Source: Candidatus Saccharimonadota bacterium (GTDB taxonomy: Bacteria > Patescibacteriota > Doudnabacteria > UBA920 > O2-02-FULL-48-8). Taken from it: a stretch of 36,324 nucleotides of DNA. Each line of letters opens with the position of its first letter. Positions within the stretch are counted from its first letter, which is position 1. This document shows, piece by piece, positions 11,931-18,562 of the stretch. Under the pieces are notes generated by a model that did not search any database, was not told where the DNA came from, and saw nothing but the letters and a program-made list of their open reading frames with translations. The DNA lies in NCBI GenBank assembly GCA_050259015.1, contig JBLMZV010000029.1, positions 1-36,324 of the forward strand, read 5' to 3'. A program made the translations under genes and the position numbers.

Positions 11931-12341
11931 ATGTCACATAAAGCAGACGCGGTAGCGCTTTCCTGCATGGATTTCCGATTTCGGGAAGCCGTACAGAACT
12001 TTATCCAAAACGAACTCAACATCCACGCCTTCGACCTGAAGACCGACGGGGGCGGGGTCAAGAAGCTCGTGGAAGAAGGCCCGGTCCGCGACTGGATCCT
12101 TTCGAATTTCGAGATCGCTTTCTCTTTGCACGGAGTAGACAAGGTCATTTTGATCAACCATCAGGATTGCGGGGCCTACGGCGGTTCCAAGGCCTTCGGG
12201 CAATCCGAAGAGGAATTCCGCTTCCACGAGGAACAGCTTAAGCAGGCATCCTCCTTGGTTTCCGCCCGGTATCCGGACAAGAAGGTGGAAGCGTATCTGG
12301 CGCTTCTGACCGAACCGATTACGTTCAAAAAGATCCAATAA
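11931..12341 (+). CDS. Small putative carbonic anhydrase (beta-CA-like)
   Basis: SCMDFR (CxDxR) and NHQDCGAYGG (HxxC) zinc-ligand motifs; promoter TTGTCT-17 nt-TAAAAT at 11875-11903. Confidence 0.8.
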   Translation: MSHKADAVALSCMDFRFREAVQNFIQNELNIHAFDLKTDGGGVKKLVEEGPVRDWILSNFEIAFSLHGVDKVILINHQDCGAYGGSKAFGQSEEEFRFHEEQLKQASSLVSARYPDKKVEAYLALLTEPITFKKIQ

Positions 12342-12351
12342 TATTCCTGAC

Positions 12352-12379
12352 AAAAACCCGCCCGCGATTGCGGGTTTTT
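12352..12379. terminator. Intrinsic terminator with a symmetric (bidirectional-type) layout
   Basis: AAAAACCCGC-8 nt-GCGGGTTTTT. Confidence 0.75.
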
Positions 12380-12601
12380 GTTTCTTCCGATTGACCCCCG
12401 CTGCTTCTGTCGATAGATTGCGGATCCTGCCATCGGAAACATGGTAAAATCAGGATCAAACGTTTTTCAACCGTACGGAATGCTGATAGAATATACGTGA
12501 TAGAAAACGGCCTGTTTATGGAGCAGGGGATTCCGGCCAACGAATCCTTAAGAGGAGATGTGCCGCTTCTGTTCAACCTACAGGACCAATGGCTACCAAC
12601 G

Positions 12602-14002
12602 ATGAATGAAAGTAGAAAACAAACCTTAGGCTATAAAGCCGCTGTTTCCGCCTGCACCATCCTCCAAAAGGCCGGCTTCGAGGCGTATCTGGTAGGCGGC
12701 ACAGCCAGGGATATCGTCTTAGGACGGCCTTGCCCGGAAGACGCTGATGTGGCCACCAGCGCCGAGCCTGCGGAATTCCGGGAAATCTTGGAGAAAAACG
12801 GCTTTATGATGGAATCGTTCGGCGAACGCTGGGGCTCTTTAACCGGGCATTTCCATGGCGGCCGGATAGAAATAACAAGTTTCCGGACCGAAGGACGCTA
12901 CTCTGACAAAAGGCATCCTGACCGCGTCCAATTCATCAAAGACTACAGACAGGACGCCCTAAGGCGGGACTTCACGATCAATGCCTTATACCTTGACCCG
13001 CTGACGGGCAGTGTCATGGATCCGGTTTCGGGATTGAAAGATCTTCGGTCGCGGCTCATCCGTCTTATCGGCGACCCAAAAAAAAGGATCGACGAAGACC
13101 ACCTGCGGATGCTTCGCGCGGTGAGATTCACCTCTCAGCTGGATTTTAAGATGGAGAAAAATACTTTTGCAGCCATCAAGACCCGGGCTAAACTGATTGC
13201 GACCGTGACGGGGCCAAGGATAAAAGCGGAGTTGGACAAGTTGTTGCCCGGAAAGAACGTGATGTTGGGAATGAGATTGCTGGACGAAACAGGACTGCTT
13301 CGTTTCATCCTGCCGGAACTCGAGTGCCTTAAAAATATCCGACACAAATCGAAACGCTATCATCTGGAGGGCGACGTGTACAAACATTCTTTGATGGCCC
13401 TGTCGGAAGTTGCCGATAGCCGCGACCTGGATTTAAGCTATGCCGCGTTGCTTCACGATATCGGGAAGGCCACGACCGGCACAGAACACCAATCGCCGGA
13501 GGGGAAGATAGTCAGGTTTAAGGGGCACGATTCGGAGAGCGTCCGCCTTTTCGGCGTCATCGCCAAAAGGCTGGGTTTTCCCAGAAAACAGGCCAGAACA
13601 ACGGCCTGGCTTATCGCCGGCAACCGGTTCTGGCCCGACTTTGCGGACCTTCCCGACCAGCGAAAAATAAACCTCGTTCTTCACCCGTCGTTTCCGCAGC
13701 TGGCGAAGCTCTGGCAGGCGGATGCCAACGCCAACCTAAACCTCTACCCGGACGGGTCGATCGGACCATACCGTACGACTTCCCCGCGTGACGGCATGAA
13801 ACTTCGCAAGCGCGCCGAGCGAAGAAAGAATTTACTCGACAAATTTTGCGACGGAAAATATTTACTCGCGCTTACTCGACGTAAACCGGGAACCGATTTG
13901 GGAAATCTGATCCGCCAAATCCGTATCGCGGTAGTGCGCGGCGACATAACCACGGAACCGCAGCTGAAAACTTTCCTGAAGAAAAACATAAAAACCACTT
14001 GA
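12602..14002 (+). CDS. cca: CCA tRNA nucleotidyltransferase (class II) with HD domain
   Basis: AYLVGGTARD..DADVAT, RRDFTINA, EDHLRMLRAVRF, ALLHDIGK; ATG 12602 gives a family-typical N-terminus. Confidence 0.88.
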   Translation: MNESRKQTLGYKAAVSACTILQKAGFEAYLVGGTARDIVLGRPCPEDADVATSAEPAEFREILEKNGFMMESFGERWGSLTGHFHGGRIEITSFRTEGRYSDKRHPDRVQFIKDYRQDALRRDFTINALYLDPLTGSVMDPVSGLKDLRSRLIRLIGDPKKRIDEDHLRMLRAVRFTSQLDFKMEKNTFAAIKTRAKLIATVTGPRIKAELDKLLPGKNVMLGMRLLDETGLLRFILPELECLKNIRHKSKRYHLEGDVYKHSLMALSEVADSRDLDLSYAALLHDIGKATTGTEHQSPEGKIVRFKGHDSESVRLFGVIAKRLGFPRKQARTTAWLIAGNRFWPDFADLPDQRKINLVLHPSFPQLAKLWQADANANLNLYPDGSIGPYRTTSPRDGMKLRKRAERRKNLLDKFCDGKYLLALTRRKPGTDLGNLIRQIRIAVVRGDITTEPQLKTFLKKNIKTT

Positions 14003-14027
14003 CAACGAAAGCAATTTCCTTTACGAT
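13999..14027 (+). promoter_or_regulatory. sigma70-type promoter for the Lys-rich microprotein gene
   Basis: TTGACA-17 nt-TACGAT overlapping the cca stop codon. Confidence 0.75.
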
Positions 14028-14157
14028 AAAAATAGTTCAGTTATTTTGACTTTTCTCCGACGAAATATTTCGGAGCGAAAGAAAAAATAAAATAAATAAT
14101 AAGTCTCACGTAATATTGAAAAATTTTTCGTGAGGCGCAAGGAGTCTTCTAACCAAC

Positions 14158-14226
14158 ATGGCTAAGAAGAAAGCCGCGAAGAAGACCGCCAAGAAAAAGG
14201 GCGGCGCGAAGAAGAAGAAGCAATAA
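14158..14226 (+). CDS. 22-aa Lys/Ala-rich microprotein MAKKKAAKKTAKKKGGAKKKKQ (histone H1/Hc1-like composition)
   Basis: ATG..TAA between a promoter and a terminator; AAGGAG upstream; GC3-rich codons (AAG, GCC, GCG, GGC) inside an AT-rich spacer; below the ORF-track size cutoff. Confidence 0.75.
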   Translation: MAKKKAAKKTAKKKGGAKKKKQ

Positions 14227-14238
14227 CTTTTTCATCTG

Positions 14239-14270
14239 ATAAAACACCCCAATGGGGTGTTTTATTTTAT
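14239..14270 (+). terminator. Rho-independent terminator
   Basis: ATAAAACACCCC-AAT-GGGGTGTTTTAT followed by a T-rich tail. Confidence 0.85.
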
Positions 14271-14286
14271 TCCGAAAACGGTGAAC

Positions 14287-14314
14287 TTGATTTTTTTTGG
14301 AGCTGTGATATAAT
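14287..14314 (+). promoter_or_regulatory. Promoter of the tRNA cluster
   Basis: TTGATT-16 nt-TATAAT with extended TG. Confidence 0.65.
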
Positions 14315-14390
14315 GGTGACCGCAGGATTCTTAGATTTTCCGAGGTGACATAAGGGAATCCAAAGCCTGTTTTTTAGTTGATTTTAGCGA

Positions 14391-14465
14391 CGCGGGGTAG
14401 AGAAATGGCATCTCGCAAGGCTCATAACCTTGAGATTGGCGGTTCGAGTCCGCCCCCCGCAACCA
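14391..14465 (+). tRNA. Initiator tRNA-fMet(CAT)
   Basis: C1:A72 mismatch, CGCGGGG acceptor, A11-U24, anticodon loop CTCATAA, encoded CCA. Confidence 0.93.
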
Positions 14466-14517
14466 AAGCAATCAAACGGCTTAGGTAGGCCAAAAGCCGG
14501 CCTAAGCCGGTTCTTAA

Positions 14518-14593
14518 GCCAGGGTAGCTCAGTTGGCAGAGCGTGGGACTCATAAGCCCGAGGTCGTGGGTTCGATCCCCACCCCTGGTACCA
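14518..14593 (+). tRNA. tRNA with CAT anticodon, probably elongator Met (Ile2 not excluded)
   Basis: Acceptor GCCAGGG/CCCTGGT, arm TGGGA-CTCATAA-GCCCG, T-loop TTCGATC, encoded CCA. Confidence 0.88.
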
Positions 14594-14725
14594 AGAAACG
14601 GCTGTGAGTTTTCAAGTACGATTTGAAGTGCATGCGGGGTCTAACCAGCACTTCAAATTGAAAGGAGCAACACGTCGGCCGTAGCAACCGCGGTGCGGTT
14701 GCGAAGGTCCGACAAGTTGCGACGT

Positions 14726-14804
14726 GCTCGCGTGGTGTAGCCCGGTCTAACACGTCTCCCTGTCACGGAGAAGACCACGGGTTCAAATCCCGTCGCGAGC
14801 GCCA
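14726..14804 (+). tRNA. tRNA-Asp(GTC)
   Basis: Acceptor GCTCGCG/CGCGAGC, arm TCTCC-CTGTCAC-GGAGA, G73, encoded CCA. Confidence 0.95.
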
Positions 14805-14805
14805 T

Positions 14806-14869
14806 AAAAGACATCTTCGAGAGAAGGTGTTTTTTATATATAAAAGAGACGGCACCTGGAAGATGCCGT
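14806..14869. terminator. Back-to-back terminators for the tRNA operon (+) and the convergent gene (-)
   Basis: GACATCTTC-GAGA-GAAGGTGTT with a T-tail; GACGGCA..TGCCGTC preceded by an A-rich tract. Confidence 0.65.
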
Positions 14870-14890
14870 CAATCTAAACCCCTGGAGATT

Positions 14891-15382
14891 TCAGCGGACG
14901 CCTGGGCAGGGACAGCCGACGTATTCGATACTGCTTGCCACCGGGTACGCGACAGCCTTCGCGGCCTGTCTCCGGAACGTCGTAGCCCTTGTCCTGAGAA
15001 TCCGATTGCTGGCCCGGACTGACTTGTTCTCGCCGTCCAAACGGGCGTTGTCCTTGGCCAGCGCGACGCGCTCATTATCAGCGGCCGCGAGACTCTTCAC
15101 AAGCTCGGTATTCTGGTTGATCAGCTGCCCGTTGTTCTCGGCGGTCTTGAACGCCAGCACCCGGAAGTCGGCATAAGCCTGCTCCGCGGTGAGCGCAACC
15201 GGCTTTGCTGCGACGGCCCCGGCAGGTCTGGCCCCCGGCCACGACCAGGTCTGAACGACGCTCTTGGCCGGCTTCCCCCAAAGCCAGGGCTTGACCACCC
15301 AGAAAAACAGAAACAGCACGATCACGAGTCCGGCAAGAGCCCCAAGCGTCTGGTTTCGGCTCAGCCTCCTGAATCTCGCCAT
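14891..15382 (-). CDS. Hypothetical membrane-anchored coiled-coil protein
   Basis: SD AAGGAGG before the ATG at 15382; basic N-terminus, one TM helix, heptad-like region, C-terminal CPCP; followed by a terminator. Confidence 0.65.
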   Translation of the reverse strand: MARFRRLSRNQTLGALAGLVIVLFLFFWVVKPWLWGKPAKSVVQTWSWPGARPAGAVAAKPVALTAEQAYADFRVLAFKTAENNGQLINQNTELVKSLAAADNERVALAKDNARLDGENKSVRASNRILRTRATTFRRQAAKAVAYPVASSIEYVGCPCPGVR

Positions 15383-15483
15383 GCAAATCCTCCTTTCGCA
15401 GCACCTAAGAAGTAGTAACAGATTTTTGCACCGCAAGCAATGGTTTATTAGGATAACCCCGTCTAATCTGGTATAATCAGTCT

Positions 15484-16512
15484 ATGAATACGCAAATTGT
15501 GTATGCCCTTATCGGATTGATCGTCATCGGCTTCGCCGGCATATTTTGGCTGATTCTGAAAGCCGGAAAGCGGACGCAGGAAGACGAGGCGCTGAAGGTC
15601 ATGATGGAGTGGATGAAAGAGATCAAATCCGGCACGGAAGCGACCCGGGAAAGCATGCAGAATAACCTGTTCCAGACCAATAAGGCGATAAACGAAAGGC
15701 TGGATGCGGCTGCGCGCGCGGTTGGAGAACTCAAGAAGGAAATGGGCAGCCTCTCGCAGATCGGTCCCGACATCCGGAGGCTCACGGAAACCATGTCCTC
15801 GCCGAAATTGCGCGGCAACTACGGCGAAGAGATTCTGGAGAACATGCTGACGGATGTCTTTCCCAAAGAGTTCTGCAAATTCCAATACCGATTCAAGAAC
15901 GGCGAGACGGTGGACGCCGCTCTGCTGATCGGCGAGCAGCTTCTGCCGATAGACAGCAAATTTTCCATGGAGAATTACCGCCTCTATAAGCAGGCCCAGA
16001 CGGATGAAGCGGGCGAAAAACTGCGCAAAGAGTTCCTGAAGGACGTCAAAAAACGGATAGACGAGATCCATAAAAAATACATTTTACCCCAGGAAGGCAC
16101 CTTCGATTACGCCATAATGTTCATTCCGAGCGAAGGCGTATACATGGAAGTGGCAGGCGACCCGGATATCCAGGTGTACGGCCGGAACAAGAAAGTCGTG
16201 ATAGTAGGCCCCAACACCCTGAACGTGACCCTGCGGGCGGTTCTGGTGTCCCTCAAGGGCCAGCAGATCGGCAAGGCCGCCCAAAAAGTCCTGACCATGA
16301 TCAGCGGCATCAAGCAGGAAAGCGACAAGTTCGGCCGGACTTTGGATGTGCTGACGAATCACATGAAGAACGCCAGCAACGCCATGGGCACGGTCAACGA
16401 CGGCTATTCGAAGCTCCGGACCCAGATCAGCAACACAGCGAACCTCCAGCTGGACGGAGATTCGGCGTCTGAGCTGGTAATCGCAGAGCATAAAAGCGAC
16501 AAATTAATCTAA
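15484..16512 (+). CDS. rmuC: DNA recombination protein RmuC
   Basis: N-terminal TM and coiled coil; KLRGNYGE, PIDSKF, IHKKYI, AIMFIPSEG. Confidence 0.92.
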   Translation: MNTQIVYALIGLIVIGFAGIFWLILKAGKRTQEDEALKVMMEWMKEIKSGTEATRESMQNNLFQTNKAINERLDAAARAVGELKKEMGSLSQIGPDIRRLTETMSSPKLRGNYGEEILENMLTDVFPKEFCKFQYRFKNGETVDAALLIGEQLLPIDSKFSMENYRLYKQAQTDEAGEKLRKEFLKDVKKRIDEIHKKYILPQEGTFDYAIMFIPSEGVYMEVAGDPDIQVYGRNKKVVIVGPNTLNVTLRAVLVSLKGQQIGKAAQKVLTMISGIKQESDKFGRTLDVLTNHMKNASNAMGTVNDGYSKLRTQISNTANLQLDGDSASELVIAEHKSDKLI

Positions 16513-16531
16513 TCGTTCAACGAAAACACAT

Positions 16532-17104
16532 ATGTCAAAACTCGCGGAGCAGCGCGTCGGACTATTCGTCGACATCCAAAATTTCTACTATACCGCGCGC
16601 AACGTGTACAACGCCCGGGTGAATTTCAATGCCATCCTCAAGGATGCGGTGGGCGACCGGCCCCTGGTCCGCGCCATCGCGTATGGCATTCGGGCCCAAA
16701 TGCCCGAAGAGCAGTCCTTTTTCGACGCTTTGGAGAAGGCCGGCTTCGAGGTGAAGCTCAAGGACCTGCAGACCTATTACGGCGGCACCAAGAAGGGCGA
16801 TTGGGACGTGGGAATCGTGATGGACATCATCAAATTGAACCCTAAACTCGACACAATAGTGCTCGCATCGGGCGACGGCGACTATATCCCGCTTCTGGAA
16901 TACCTCCAAATCCTGGGACAGAGGGTCGAACTCGTATCCTTCGGCAAGAGCACGTCTTCCAAGATGAGAGAACTCGTCGACTTTTATCTCGACCTGGATA
17001 CCAACCCGCGCAAGTACCTGATGCCGATCAGGAAGCGGAGCGGGAACGGCAACCACGCACCCTCGGCCATACCGGCCGGAACCGGCCCGAAGGTCATCGC
17101 GTAA
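16532..17104 (+). CDS. NYN domain protein (LabA/DUF88 family PIN-like nuclease)
   Basis: FVDIQN, KKGDWDVGIVMD, LASGDGDY. Confidence 0.92.
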   Translation: MSKLAEQRVGLFVDIQNFYYTARNVYNARVNFNAILKDAVGDRPLVRAIAYGIRAQMPEEQSFFDALEKAGFEVKLKDLQTYYGGTKKGDWDVGIVMDIIKLNPKLDTIVLASGDGDYIPLLEYLQILGQRVELVSFGKSTSSKMRELVDFYLDLDTNPRKYLMPIRKRSGNGNHAPSAIPAGTGPKVIA

Positions 17105-17211
17105 AGTATTGGCAAACCCCTGATTTTAGGCTAAACTATCCGGGCAGCGCCTAAGCGCTTTCAACAGCGTTTTCCAAGAAGGCCTGCCCCGCCATTTATG
17201 TATCTTATTAT

Positions 17212-17288
17212 GCGTCTGTAGCTCAGCGGATTAGAGCGTCTCCCTCCGAAGGAGAAGGCCGCAGGTTCGATTCCTGCCAGGCGCACCA
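17212..17288 (+). tRNA. tRNA-Arg(CCG)
   Basis: Acceptor GCGTCTG/CAGGCGC, arm TCTCC-CTCCGAA-GGAGA, encoded CCA; promoter TTGGCA-17 nt-TAAACT at 17109-17137. Confidence 0.94.
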
Positions 17289-17469
17289 TAAAAATGCCTG
17301 AATTTTCAGGACGCAAGACAGGTTCCTGCTTAAACGGCTCACCAGGCCGTTTTTTCGTTGGAAATATTTGCTACTGCGACAAGATTTGCTACACTGAATG
17401 CAAAGATCCCGGAAAGGTGATTACGAAAAAATTCCGTCATTGGCAGTTTTAAATTTCTAATTCAATCGC

Positions 17470-18228
17470 ATGCAACTCAAGGACAAAGTGTTCATCTTGA
17501 CCGGGGTAGCCCGGGTGGGGAAGGCGGTAGCCGCAAGCATGGCCGGACAGGGCGCCAAACTCGCGCTGACCTACTTCAGCGCGGAGCCGGACACGTCTTT
17601 TCTTCCGACCGGAGCCGAATTCATTACCGTCAGGGCCGATCTTTCCAAGACGGAGGACGTAAAAGCCGTCGTGGACGCGACCAAAAATAAATTCGGCAGG
17701 ATAGATGGACTGGTGCACATGGCGGCAACCTATAACCGCAACACCTGGGACAAACTGACCGAACAGGCGTGGGACAAGGACATTAACGACATATCCAGAA
17801 GCGCTTTCCTGCTCAGCAAGACAGTGGGCGACGAGCTTCTGAAAAATGAAGGGGAAGCCGTGATTGCCGGTGGAGAAAACGCGGGCAAGATCAAGGGCAA
17901 AATGGTATTTTTCGCCGATTGGTCCGTGTTTAGCAGGCCCTACCGGGAATACCTGCCCTATAACGTCGCGAAGGCCTCGGTCATGGCGCTCACCAGATCT
18001 CTGGCCAAGGAGCTTGCTCCCGACATTACCGTAAATGCCATCGCTCCGGGCCCGATCCTGCGGCCGCCGAATCTCTCCGAAGACGAGAACCGCGAAGCCA
18101 TGTCCAAAACCCTTCTCAACCGCTGGGGCGGACCGGAAGAAATCGCCAAGGCCGTGAATTATCTGATGGACTCCGACTTCGTGACCGGGCAGATCCTCTA
18201 TGTGGACGGCGGCCGGACAATCGCCTGA
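17470..18228 (+). CDS. SDR oxidoreductase, pteridine reductase/FolM-like
   Basis: TGVARVG (Arg-containing cofactor motif), YNVAK (YxxxK), VNAIAPG, VTGQILYVDGG. Confidence 0.85.
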   Translation: MQLKDKVFILTGVARVGKAVAASMAGQGAKLALTYFSAEPDTSFLPTGAEFITVRADLSKTEDVKAVVDATKNKFGRIDGLVHMAATYNRNTWDKLTEQAWDKDINDISRSAFLLSKTVGDELLKNEGEAVIAGGENAGKIKGKMVFFADWSVFSRPYREYLPYNVAKASVMALTRSLAKELAPDITVNAIAPGPILRPPNLSEDENREAMSKTLLNRWGGPEEIAKAVNYLMDSDFVTGQILYVDGGRTIA

Positions 18229-18235
18229 CCTCATC

Positions 18236-18268
18236 AAAAAAACAGCCTGATTTCGGAGCTGTTTTTTT
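18236..18268 (+). terminator. Rho-independent terminator
   Basis: AAAAAAACAGC..GCTGTTTTTTT. Confidence 0.75.
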
Positions 18269-18301
18269 CGTTTGACAAACATAATAACCCCGGATTAATA
18301 T

Positions 18302-18476
18302 GAGGCTGGAGATGCCTGAGGCCGCAACGCACATACACGCGCCAGTTCGCGTGGGATAGAAGCTGTAGTCCCAGGTCGGGCAAGTTCGAAGTCCGTCGTC
18401 TCGGTTCGAAGACAAGTCGCGTGAAGCAGTTCAACGTTTGGATCGCGCGATCCTTCAAGCCTGAGGCATCTCCTTC
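18302..18476 (+). ncRNA. ssrS: Probable 6S RNA
   Basis: Own promoter (TTGACA at 18272, TAATAT at 18296) and terminator (18511-18538); rod with closing stem GGAGATGCCT/AGGCATCTCC, AGGC/GCCT, central bubble containing CATAC, inner stem CACGCG/CGCGTG; about 170 nt; 3' end AGCCTG..GGCATCTC resembles known 6S RNAs. Confidence 0.75.
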
Positions 18477-18510
18477 ATATATATCGGAGGATCGTTCATA
18501 CCCGTTTGTT

Positions 18511-18538
18511 GCCGAGGCCCGCGCTTCGGCTTTTTTTT
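18511..18538 (+). terminator. Rho-independent terminator
   Basis: GCCGAGGC-CCGC-GCTTCGGC followed by T8. Confidence 0.85.
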
Positions 18539-18562
18539 GACCAAAAATGTTATAATTAGCCC

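Noticed and set aside
14158-14270. Lysine attenuator leader peptide
   Set aside because: No lysine biosynthesis or transport gene follows, no antiterminator is evident, and the downstream tRNAs have their own promoter.
14667-14720. SRP (4.5S) RNA
   Set aside because: Lacks the conserved CAGG/GGAA tetraloop/AGCAG domain IV motif.
17289-17469. Riboswitch (c-di-GMP or folate-related) before the pteridine-reductase-like SDR
   Set aside because: Only fragmentary resemblance (GGACGCAA, GCAAA); the hairpins are explained by the tRNA-Arg terminator, and the ATTTGCTAC repeat coincides with promoter boxes.
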